NCBI GenBank assembly: GCA_041170505.1
Contig: JBEAYS010000078.1
Span: 1-61,238 of the forward strand
Source: Cyanobacteriota bacterium
Lineage (GTDB): Bacteria; Cyanobacteriota; Vampirovibrionia; LMEP-6097
Reading direction: 5' to 3'
Length of the DNA: 61,238 bases
In this document: positions 1 to 7,685 of the stretch, in pieces
Layout: each line of letters opens with the position of its first letter
Numbering within the stretch: position 1 is the stretch's first letter
Notes under the pieces: generated by a model
What the model was told of the DNA's origin: nothing
Database searches by the model: none
The model's input: only the letters and a program-made list of their open reading frames with translations
Made by a program: the position numbers and the translations under genes

Positions 1-198
1 AAGCGGGAGTGGGCGCGGTGGCTTCGTGAAGATTTCTTCTAGGACTTGCTGGAAGTCCTTCACTACTTGCGTAAGATTTTTCTTGATCGGTATTGAGCTG
101 ATCAAAATCTTGATACGGCCCTAAATTAAGAGGTAGTGCTTGCTTTATTTCCATTAATTTTTTAAGCTATGATTAATGTCTTTATATATTATAGCACA

Positions 199-235
199 AG
201 ACATTGTCTACGAATTATTCAAAATTCTAAATAAT
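199..235 (+). repeat. Family-2 intergenic repeat arm (AGACATTGTCTACGAATTAYNCAAAAWTCTARATAAT), solo copy upstream of fumC
   Basis: Sequence agacattgtctacgaattattcaaaattctaaataat. It matches the other copies at 1700, 1799, 7585, 7667, 47080, 47161, 54922, 60105 and 60203. Confidence 0.75.
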
Positions 236-289
236 ATCTCACTTTCCATCACCACTGCCTAGAGCTCAAAAAACTGTTAATCTAAAAAT

Positions 290-1696
290 ATGACAGAAAC
301 AATCACTGACTTCCGCATCGAAAAAGACACTATGGGCGAGATGAAGGTCCCCATGGATAAATATTACGGGTGTCAAACAGCGCGCTCGTTGATGAATTTT
401 AAAATCGGCAAGGATAAAATGCCAGTTGAGTTAATTAGAGCTTTTGGAGTGCTCAAAAAGGCTGGTGCATTGGTAAATGCTGATCTCGGTCTTCTAGATC
501 CCAATAAAGCAGAGCTAATCGCTAAAGCTTGCGACGATGTAATTGACGGCAAGCTTGATGATCACTTCCCGCTAGTGGTTTGGCAAACTGGTTCAGGGAC
601 TCAATCTAACATGAATGTCAATGAGGTCATCGCCAATAGAGCCATTGAGCTTGCTGGTGGTGTGATGGGTTCAAAAAATCCAATTCACCCTAATGACGAT
701 GTAAATATGTCACAGTCATCTAACGATACTTTTCCGACAGCGATGCATATCGCTTCTGCGACTTATACACTTTCTAGATTAGTGCCAGCGGTTTCTCGCC
801 TGAAAGACGCTCTAAATGCCAAATCTGTGGCTTTTGAAAATATTGTAAAAATCGGACGCACTCATCTTATGGACGCAACGCCGCTTACTCTCGGGCAGGA
901 ATTTTCTGGTTACACGCAACAGCTCATAAAATCAATTTCTCGCTTAGATATGGTTTTACCAGATTTGATGGAGCTTGCTCTGGGCGGAACCGCTGTAGGA
1001 ACGGGTTTGAACACTCATCCACAATTCGCTGTAAAAGTCGCAGAAAAAATTTCTGAAATTACTGGTTTTAAATTTAAAACTGCTCCAAATAAATTTGAAT
1101 CTCTAGCCGCTCACGACGCTCTCGTGATGGCACATGGCGCGCTGAAGACTATCGCTGTTAGTTTGATGAAGATCGCAAATGACATTCGCCTACTGGGTTC
1201 TGGACCACGGTGCGGAATCGGTGAGCTAAATTTACCCGAAAACGAACCTGGTTCATCAATTATGCCTGGCAAGGTGAATCCTACTCAAAGCGAGGCTATG
1301 ACTATGGTCTGCGCCCAAGTGATGGGTAATGATGTGGCAGTTAATATCGGCGGTTCTAACGGACATTTTGAGCTGAATGTTTTTAAGCCATTGATAATTT
1401 TTAATTACATGAATTCAGCAAGGTTGCTTGCTGATGCTTGCGAAAGCTTTACAGAGAACTGTGTGATTGGTATTGAGGCTAATGAAGAGAACTGCAAGAA
1501 GAATCTAGAAAATTCTCTCATGCTTGTAACAGCTCTCAATAAGCACATTGGCTATGATAAAGCCGCCAAGATCGCTAAAAACGCGCACGCAAATGGTCTC
1601 ACTTTGCGCCAATCCGCTATTGAGCTTGGCTTGCTCACCACAGAGCAATTCGATCAGTGGGTAAGAGCGGAAGATATGCTTGGCCCTACGGCTTAG
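290..1696 (+). CDS. fumC: Class II fumarate hydratase
   Basis: 468-aa ORF with the fumarate-lyase signature [16 protein letters not shown] and the conserved [10 protein letters not shown] and SSNDTFPT loops. Confidence 0.95.
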   Translation: MTETITDFRIEKDTMGEMKVPMDKYYGCQTARSLMNFKIGKDKMPVELIRAFGVLKKAGALVNADLGLLDPNKAELIAKACDDVIDGKLDDHFPLVVWQTGSGTQSNMNVNEVIANRAIELAGGVMGSKNPIHPNDDVNMSQSSNDTFPTAMHIASATYTLSRLVPAVSRLKDALNAKSVAFENIVKIGRTHLMDATPLTLGQEFSGYTQQLIKSISRLDMVLPDLMELALGGTAVGTGLNTHPQFAVKVAEKISEITGFKFKTAPNKFESLAAHDALVMAHGALKTIAVSLMKIANDIRLLGSGPRCGIGELNLPENEPGSSIMPGKVNPTQSEAMTMVCAQVMGNDVAVNIGGSNGHFELNVFKPLIIFNYMNSARLLADACESFTENCVIGIEANEENCKKNLENSLMLVTALNKHIGYDKAAKIAKNAHANGLTLRQSAIELGLLTTEQFDQWVRAEDMLGPTA

Positions 1697-1699
1697 TTT

Positions 1700-1773
1700 C
1701 CTGGCAATTATCTAGATTTTTGCGTAATTCGTAGACATTGTCTACGAATACACATTGTTTTCAAGATAAGCGG
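1700..1773. repeat. Family-2 repeat, two arms fused back to back into a ~74-bp palindrome
   Basis: cctggcaattatctagatttttgcgtaattcgtagaca-t-tgtctacgaatacacattgttttcaagataagcgg. The centre is the perfect palindrome attcgtagaca/tgtctacgaat. Confidence 0.75.
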
Positions 1774-1798
1774 TTGTCCTGCTTGGAAACTTCCCCTT

Positions 1799-1842
1799 CC
1801 TGGCAATTATCTAGATTTTTGCGTAATTCGTAGACAATGTCC
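1799..1842 (-). repeat. Family-2 repeat arm, direct repeat of 1700-1742
   Basis: cctggcaattatctagatttttgcgtaattcgtagacaatgtcc repeats the left arm at 1700 about 100 bp downstream, with 1 mismatch. Confidence 0.75.
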
Positions 1843-1872
1843 CATAATTGGTGATAAGATCATAAAGACCAT

Positions 1873-1948
1873 GCGGAAGTAGCTCAATTGGTAGAGTACT
1901 TGCCTTCCAAGCAAGCTGTTGCGGGTTCGAGTCCCGTCTTCCGCTCCA
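1873..1948 (+). tRNA. tRNA-Gly (anticodon UCC), CCA end encoded
   Basis: Manual cloverleaf. Acceptor stem GCGGAAG/CTTCCGC, D arm GCTC-AATTGGTA-GAGT. Anticodon stem CTTGC/GCAAG with loop CTTCCAA (TCC). T arm GCGGG-TTCGAGT-CCCGT, discriminator T, then CCA. Confidence 0.93.
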
Positions 1949-1953
1949 TTTTA

Positions 1954-2080
1954 TTAAGGATCCACTGAAAAATGCGACTTCGTCGATTTTTCAACCCTGA
2001 GCCAAGAGAAAATCTTGGCTCAGGGAGTGAGTCCTTAATATTCTTGTTAGGCGGATTCCACCACAAAACCTCATTTCAAA
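1954..2080 (+). mobile_element. Family-1 MITE copy A (TTAA-flanked, 3' end degenerate), immediately downstream of tRNA-Gly
   Basis: ttaaggatccactgaaaaatgcgacttcgtcgatttttcaaccctgagccaaga-gaaaa-tcttggctcaggg... It has the same architecture as copies at 4428, 40600, 41597, 55090 and 61119. Confidence 0.8.
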
Positions 2081-2140
2081 TATTAAATTTTGCACCTAGG
2101 TCTTTAGATCTAGATTTTTTGGCCGATAAGCTTCATTAGG

Positions 2141-2344
2141 GTGTGGGGAATGAAAAAATATTATCCGTTATTGGTTTATGGTTTTATGGCTATAGTTTTT
2201 AAGCCTGTTGTCTTGCCGTTTAAGTTATTGGGTTTTGTGGGATCCAGAACCGCCAAGGTGGCTACTGGCGGCGCTAAGGCTGGACTACGAAATGTCAGTA
2301 TGCAAGCTGGTTTTGTAAAACTTAGACCTTTCGATTTTAGATAA
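2141..2344 (+). CDS. Hypothetical small membrane protein (probable start ATG at 2150)
   Basis: 67-aa ORF with one hydrophobic segment (YYPLLVYGFMAIVFKPVVLPF). No recognisable family. Confidence 0.25.
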   Translation: MWGMKKYYPLLVYGFMAIVFKPVVLPFKLLGFVGSRTAKVATGGAKAGLRNVSMQAGFVKLRPFDFR

Positions 2345-2470
2345 TGCTCGCAGGAAATCCGTTCTAGATAAGCGTTTTATTATTTCAAGAATAACAAGTT
2401 TCAGAAAGATTTTATAAATTCTAGCTTAAATTTTTGGACGAAAATTTAACTAGGTGATAGAATCTCACTC

Positions 2471-2671
2471 ATGAATAAACTATTGTTATCGTTATTAGTA
2501 ATCTTGATGCCAGCTGTAATGGCTTCTTGCGCAATGAACAAAACCTGCCCACCGAAAGATGAAGCAGCTACTGAGGAAACTACAGAAGTTCAAAGCCAAG
2601 AAATGGAAACAGAAACTCCAGCAGAAGCAACTGCTGAAGCTGCTCCAGAAGCTCACGCTGCAGGTCACTAA
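2471..2671 (+). CDS. Small putative lipoprotein with an acidic Glu/Thr/Ala-rich mature part
   Basis: Signal peptide MNKLLLSLLVILMPAVMASC with a lipobox-like MASC. The tail is low complexity. Confidence 0.45.
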   Translation: MNKLLLSLLVILMPAVMASCAMNKTCPPKDEAATEETTEVQSQEMETETPAEATAEAAPEAHAAGH

Positions 2672-3012
2672 GATTAAACGAGTATGAATTTGGCGGGAGT
2701 TTCTATGCTTTCTGGGCGCGGTTATTCCTTCCAAGCAGGGAATCGAGAATTTTTTGAGTTCCTGCAAGAGTTAATTCGCTTAGCTTGTGGCTAAGTTGAC
2801 GCTCGCCAAATTTCTATTTTTAAATCTCCTATTTACTTATAATTTTCGCGAAATAATCTCGCTATATTTTTTTTTACATTCGCCACTTACTTGGCAAATT
2901 TTTATTTTAAGCTGTCTTTTTTAGATAATTATTTTAATTAACAAATACCGCTATTCCTACATTTTTCAAATGATATAATTTTACTGTCTTTGCTTGGAAC
3001 AAGGAAAATAAT

Positions 3013-4431
3013 ATGAATACAGAATTAGAGTTATTAATGCCAGGCGGTAGCTTGGATAAAATCAAATACGCGATTGCTTACGGAGCTGATGCGGTTTATG
3101 CAGGGGTCCCCAGATATAGTTTGAGGGCGCGCGAAAATGAGTTTTTTGATGGGGAGCTTGTTCAGCAGGCTGTGGATTTTGTGCACGCGCGGGGCAAAAA
3201 AATCTATCTCACTTGCAATATCTACGCGCATAATAACAAGATCAATGGTTTTATGTCGGCGATGGAAGAGATGATGTCTTTTAAGCCCGATGCTTTTATT
3301 ATGACTGATCCAGGGCTGATCGCTTTGACTAAGGAGAAATTCCCTGATGCGGTGATTCACTTGTCGACTCAAGCGAATAATACTAACTGGGCGCAGGCGA
3401 AGTTCTGGCGTGACTATGGCGTCAAGAGAGTGATTCTGGCGCGCGAATTGAACATCGATGAGATTCGCGAGATTCACGAAAACGTGCCTGATCTTGAGCT
3501 GGAGGCTTTTGTCCATGGCTCTATTTGCATGGCTTATTCTGGAAGATGCCTTTTGTCAAATTATTTGAGCTACCGTGATGCCAATCAAGGTACTTGCTCG
3601 CACACTTGTCGTTGGGGCTTCAAAGTCAATGTTAATGATAAACCCGGCGATGATGTGGTCACAGATTATATTCCGCTAGATGGCGATTTTTACTTGGAAG
3701 AGCGTGAGCGTCCTGGTGAGATGATGCCTGTTGATGAAGATGAGTACGGCACTTATATCATGAACTCAAAAGATCTCTGCGCGATCGATTACATGGCCCA
3801 ACTTCGAGATGCTGGAGTTATAAGTTTTAAAGTCGAGGGGCGCAACAAAACTGAATATTATGCTTCCTTGGTGGCGCGCGCTTATAGACGTGGTCTTGAT
3901 GCGATGGCTGACGGTAAACCTCTGCCAAAAGAGCTCAGAGACTGGATGCTAGCTGAGGTCAGCACTACTGCTAATCGTGGTTTTATCCCTGGATTTTATG
4001 CGCGCAACGCGCGAGCGGCGGCTCAAGAGCTGGAGCGTTCTCACTGCGTGCAGACTCATTTATATGCTTGTCGTGTGGTTAATTATGATCCCTCAACCCA
4101 AGTCGCTGAGCTGGAAGTAAAAAATCGTTTTGACAAGGGTGATACTCTTACTTTTATTACTCCAGATAGAGAGTTCGAGATGATCGTCCAAGAAGCTTAC
4201 TATAAGGGGCATCCAGAGGCTTTGGAGTTTTCTAGTCGTGCTTGGAATAATTCCAAAAAAGAATTTAACGCAAATCAGATAAAACCTACTGATCATGCTC
4301 ATGGTGGCGGAGAGAATGTTTTTGTAAAACTCAGTCAAGATTTGGGTTCTGACTGGTCTACAGCGATAGTACGCATGCCTTATAAAGAGGCTGTCAGCCT
4401 AAGACAAAGAACACCAGTAGCAGTATTTTAA
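3013..4431 (+). CDS. Peptidase U32 family protein (PrtC/YegQ/RlhA-like)
   Basis: 472-aa ORF with N-terminal ELLMPGGSLDKIKYAIAYGADAVY and central EAFVHGSICMAYSGRCLLSNY, typical of the U32 family. The stop codon TAA lies inside the TTAA flank of MITE copy B. Confidence 0.9.
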   Translation: MNTELELLMPGGSLDKIKYAIAYGADAVYAGVPRYSLRARENEFFDGELVQQAVDFVHARGKKIYLTCNIYAHNNKINGFMSAMEEMMSFKPDAFIMTDPGLIALTKEKFPDAVIHLSTQANNTNWAQAKFWRDYGVKRVILARELNIDEIREIHENVPDLELEAFVHGSICMAYSGRCLLSNYLSYRDANQGTCSHTCRWGFKVNVNDKPGDDVVTDYIPLDGDFYLEERERPGEMMPVDEDEYGTYIMNSKDLCAIDYMAQLRDAGVISFKVEGRNKTEYYASLVARAYRRGLDAMADGKPLPKELRDWMLAEVSTTANRGFIPGFYARNARAAAQELERSHCVQTHLYACRVVNYDPSTQVAELEVKNRFDKGDTLTFITPDREFEMIVQEAYYKGHPEALEFSSRAWNNSKKEFNANQIKPTDHAHGGGENVFVKLSQDLGSDWSTAIVRMPYKEAVSLRQRTPVAVF

Positions 4432-4566
4432 GGATCCACTGAAAAATGCGACTTCGTCGATTTTCCAACCCTGAGCCAAGAAGGGATCTTGGCTCAGGGA
4501 GTGGATCCTTAATATTTTTGTTAGGCGGATTCCGCATCAAAACTTCGTTTTTCAGCGAATCCTTAA
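4428..4566 (+). mobile_element. Family-1 MITE copy B (full length, ~139 bp including TTAA flanks)
   Basis: The ends TTAAGGATCCACTGAAAAATGCG and CGTTTTTCAGCGAATCCTTAA are imperfect terminal inverted repeats. Inside are a 13-bp perfect hairpin CCCTGAGCCAAGA/TCTTGGCTCAGGG and a nested 10-bp inverted repeat AAGGATCCAC/GTGGATCCTT. Confidence 0.85.
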
Positions 4567-4588
4567 ACATTGGGTCGCTGGGTTTTGA

Positions 4589-6406
4589 GTGGCTCAACCA
4601 GTGAGTTGTTTCGTAAACTATAATATTAAGCGGATGCAATTTTCGTTTAGAGACAAGATTTTTAGTGATAAGTTTTTGGGCTTGGTGGTTTTTGCTTTTT
4701 TATTTTTGATATATGGGACTCATAGCTACCCGCTTTTTAGTCTTGATGAGGTGCGCTACGCCGAAACAGCGCGCGAAATGATAGAGAGAAACGATTATAT
4801 AAGCCCTTTTTGTAATTATGTTCTAAGACCAGAAAAACCAATATTTTTTTATTGGTTAGAAATTTTGGCTTTTAAAGTTTTGGGTTTTTCTGAATTATCT
4901 GCTCGCTTGCCCTCGGTTTTTATGGGCACTTTTACGGTGGCGATGGTTTTTTTGCTGGCGGAGTATTTTGGTTTTGGGTTGTTTGCTGGTCTTGTAACCC
5001 TTACTAGCATTGAGTTTGCGGTAGTGTCAAAACTATCAATCACCGACATGACTTTAAATGCTTTTATTACAGCTACTTTGATATGTCTCTTTTTTACTTA
5101 TGTTTTTTGGCGTGCTGAAGATTTAGCGCGCGCTGGTGTTTCGGCGAGCTCGGATGTTTCGGCGAGCGCTGGTGTTTCGGCGGGCGCTGAAGATTTAGCG
5201 CGCGCTGGAGATTCCGCGCGCGCGCAGGGATTGACAAAAGCGCGAAACTTTTTGTTTTTGGCGGGAGTGTTTAGTGGTCTTGGTTGTTTAGCCAAGGGTC
5301 CTGTTGCGCTTGCATTGCCGGGTTTAGTATTTTTGGTTTTTTTAGTAGTTCAGCTAAAATTCGTATGCTTCCTAAAAGCCTTTTGGCGAGAGCTTTTGCA
5401 GACCCTAGCGATTTTTTTGGTTTTGGTTGTGCCTTGGTTTTTGGCTGTGCATATGGCAACTGATGGCGAGTTTACTAGAAGATTTTTTTTCCAAGAGAAT
5501 ATAGATAGGTTTCTTGCTGTTAAGACTGGGCACTCAGCGCCTTGGTTTTATTATTTGCCGGTGTTTATGGTGGGTTTTATTCCCTGGATTTATTTTTTTC
5601 CGCAGACTTTGGGTTTTGTTTTTTCGGAGTTAAAATCTGGATCTAAAAATCCTAATTTGGGCGCTAGAAATGATTTATTAGTTTTTTGTTGTTTGTGGTT
5701 TGCTGTGATCTTTTTGTTTTTTAGTTTTGCTAAAACTAAGCTTACGACCTATATAATCGGGGTTTTTGCGCCAGCTAGTTTACTAGTCGGGGCATGGTTT
5801 TTTGGCTTAAGTGTTATAAAAACCAAAAAAATGGGAATAATATTAGGACAAGCACTTTTTTCTTTAAGCGGAATTTTAGTTTTATTCATTTGTAGTTTTT
5901 TTAAGGCCAAACTTTTGGAAGTGGATCCATTGGCTTTTGGACCACAAATTTTATTTACTTCAATTATGGTTTTGGTCTCTGGCGTCCTTGCAATCATATT
6001 GCTCATGCGCTTTTCCGTTCGCCACTCGTTTTTGTGTTTTGCGCTTGCTAATGCTCTAATCTTCGTTTATGTGAATGATAATTTTATAAAACCAATTTCG
6101 TTTTTTAGAGATTCTGGCACTCGCGAGTTTGTCCAAAAACTCAGTCCCGAAGATAGTTTGGTGAGTTATGGGATGCCACCAGAGCGATTTGAGTTTTATG
6201 GTAAGCGACAAGTTGTTCGCCTAAATGAAGGGCGTCTAAAGAAATATTTTAATGGCACTCTAAGCAAGTCCTCTAAAACAGGTTCTGGGGAAAAATATCT
6301 AGTCTTTAAGACAAAAGATTTAGATAAATTGGTCGCTATCAAAGGCTCTGATAGACTTGATTACGTGATTAAAACCAAGTTTTTTTCTGTGATTAGGTGT
6401 TTTTAA
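4589..6406 (+). CDS. ArnT/PMT_2-like (GT83-type) membrane glycosyltransferase; alternative start ATG at 4634
   Basis: Polytopic membrane ORF with N-terminal LDEVRYAETAREM...PEKPIFFYW, resembling the DExRYAE...KPP motif region of the ArnT/dolichyl-phosphate-mannose transferase family. Confidence 0.8.
   Translation: MAQPVSCFVNYNIKRMQFSFRDKIFSDKFLGLVVFAFLFLIYGTHSYPLFSLDEVRYAETAREMIERNDYISPFCNYVLRPEKPIFFYWLEILAFKVLGFSELSARLPSVFMGTFTVAMVFLLAEYFGFGLFAGLVTLTSIEFAVVSKLSITDMTLNAFITATLICLFFTYVFWRAEDLARAGVSASSDVSASAGVSAGAEDLARAGDSARAQGLTKARNFLFLAGVFSGLGCLAKGPVALALPGLVFLVFLVVQLKFVCFLKAFWRELLQTLAIFLVLVVPWFLAVHMATDGEFTRRFFFQENIDRFLAVKTGHSAPWFYYLPVFMVGFIPWIYFFPQTLGFVFSELKSGSKNPNLGARNDLLVFCCLWFAVIFLFFSFAKTKLTTYIIGVFAPASLLVGAWFFGLSVIKTKKMGIILGQALFSLSGILVLFICSFFKAKLLEVDPLAFGPQILFTSIMVLVSGVLAIILLMRFSVRHSFLCFALANALIFVYVNDNFIKPISFFRDSGTREFVQKLSPEDSLVSYGMPPERFEFYGKRQVVRLNEGRLKKYFNGTLSKSSKTGSGEKYLVFKTKDLDKLVAIKGSDRLDYVIKTKFFSVIRCF
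5114..5207 (+). repeat. GC-rich in-frame repeat block inside the GT83 gene
   Basis: The 23-bp direct repeat gctgaagatttagcgcgcgctgg occurs at 5114 and 5185. It brackets three 18-nt tandem units (..tgtttcggcgrgc..) encoding AGVSAS/SDVSAS/AGVSAG. Confidence 0.8.
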
Positions 6407-7556
6407 TTCTCAAACACTCATCGACAATTATATCAGCCAGCCTCGCACCAGCATTAGGCTTGGTGAGTTTGGCGATAGATGCTTTCATCGATTCAAAAAG
6501 TTTTTTGTCCTCGCTTAGATTTTTGATAGTACTCATAAGTTTTTGTTCAAAATCCTCTTGACCCTGGTCTAAGCTAATTGCTGAGCCACTTTCAACAAGA
6601 GACCGAGCATTTAGGTTTTGGTGGTCGTGTGCCGCCCACGGCAAAGGTACAAGTATCGGTACGATTTCGCTGGCTGTAATCTCGGCGATTGTCATAGCTC
6701 CAGCTCTAAAGACTCCACTATCAGCCCAAGCGCAGAGCGAAGGCATCTCGTGCGTGTAGTCTAAAACCTTGTAATTAGGATATTTATTGGGGTTGCCGCC
6801 GAGGTATTCTTGGATATATTCTTGGTAGGTCTTAGTACCGGTTACATGAATGATTTCGACGTTAAGCCTAGAAAGCTCTTCTAGATTGCGTCCTATCGCT
6901 TCGTTTATGCTTTGAGCGCCCTGGGAGCCGCCCGTTACCAATAGATGCATTTTATCATCAGTAGATTTTTTGGTTTGTGCTTGGGACAATTCTGTCAAAA
7001 ACCTTTTGCTGATTGGGTTTCCGCTAATGATAACTTTTTTATTTTTAGGTGCTATGCCAAGATCACAAATCCCCAAGCTCAATGCCCAAGCTGATTTTAC
7101 AAACGCACGATTGGCAAGTCCCATATGCGCGTCTAAGTTATGGATGATGTAAGGGATCTTAAGCTCTTGGCAAGCTCTAAAAACCGGTCCAGCGGCGTAT
7201 CCACCAGTTCCAAATACAAAATTTATTTTTTGCTCTAAGAGTTTTTCTTTAGCGATTTTTGTGTTTTTTTGAAATTCTAAGTACCATTTTATTAATTTAA
7301 AAACCTGAGTAAATTTTGGAAGCGCGGATGAGGGTACAGAAATAAATTTTATGTAGTCTTTGTAAGCCTGTCCCTGAGCGTCTTTTAGCTCTGGGTTGTT
7401 TAGCAGTGTGCACTCGAGCTTTTCTGGATTTCCAAAATAAAATAAATTTATTTGCGCTGATTTTTCTTTTAGATATTCAGCTAGAGCTAGGCAAGGATAT
7501 ATGTGCCCGCCCGTGCCTCCTCCTGTTAGCGCTATATTTGCATGTAAAATGCTCAT
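6393..7556 (-). CDS. murG: Undecaprenyldiphospho-muramoylpentapeptide beta-N-acetylglucosaminyltransferase
   Basis: N-terminal GGGTGGHIYPCLALAE, and LLVTGGSQGAQSIN in the C-terminal domain. Synteny with murD and ftsW nearby. Confidence 0.93.
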   Translation of the reverse strand: MSILHANIALTGGGTGGHIYPCLALAEYLKEKSAQINLFYFGNPEKLECTLLNNPELKDAQGQAYKDYIKFISVPSSALPKFTQVFKLIKWYLEFQKNTKIAKEKLLEQKINFVFGTGGYAAGPVFRACQELKIPYIIHNLDAHMGLANRAFVKSAWALSLGICDLGIAPKNKKVIISGNPISKRFLTELSQAQTKKSTDDKMHLLVTGGSQGAQSINEAIGRNLEELSRLNVEIIHVTGTKTYQEYIQEYLGGNPNKYPNYKVLDYTHEMPSLCAWADSGVFRAGAMTIAEITASEIVPILVPLPWAAHDHQNLNARSLVESGSAISLDQGQEDFEQKLMSTIKNLSEDKKLFESMKASIAKLTKPNAGARLADIIVDECLRIKNT

Positions 7557-7584
7557 CTTGTAGTTAATTCTATTGGCCCCTTCC

Positions 7585-7685
7585 AGACATTGTCTACGAA
7601 TTACGCAAATTTTAAGATAAGTTCGGACTATTTACTTTTTACAAGGAGCTTATCTTGCTTTGTGCTTAATTCGTAGACAATGTCT
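7585..7685. repeat. Family-2 repeat, inverted pair (101-bp MITE-like unit) between divergent murG and the desaturase gene
   Basis: Perfect 19-bp inverted termini agacattgtctacgaatta (7585-7603) and taattcgtagacaatgtct (7667-7685). The desaturase ATG at 7680 lies inside the right arm. Confidence 0.8.

Noticed and set aside
199-235. Family-2 repeat as a promoter (TTGTCT ... TAGATAAT) or as an NtcA-type site (GTA-N8-TAC)
   Set aside because: Orientation fits a downstream gene only for some copies, and three pairs lie between convergent genes. The -35/-10 spacing is 18-20 nt with weak hexamers. The core is GTA-N9-TAC, not N8. Ten copies in 61 kb is too dense for a specific regulon.
1884-2066. 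ORFs 1884-2066(-), 4394-4639(-) and 55035-55265(+), which share the peptide NPPNKNIKDxLPEPR...RRSRIFQWILK
   Set aside because: They are translations of the family-1 MITE in one frame. The similarity reflects the DNA repeat. They have no start context, and they overlap a tRNA or neighbouring genes.
2684-2794. 36-aa ORF (MNLAGVSMLSGRGYSFQAGNREFFEFLQELIRLACG) downstream of the small lipoprotein gene
   Set aside because: It is too short, with no clear ribosome-binding site or family resemblance. It cannot be supported from sequence alone.
3034-3516. 160-aa antisense ORF inside the U32 peptidase gene, and similar antisense ORFs (7788-8132, 11676-12032, 13949-14260, 16126-16587, 18360-18683, 25090-25488, 34260-34700, 38410-38778, 51518-52081)
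   Set aside because: Each lies wholly within a well-supported gene on the opposite strand. They have no recognisable motifs, and their composition is typical of antisense frames.
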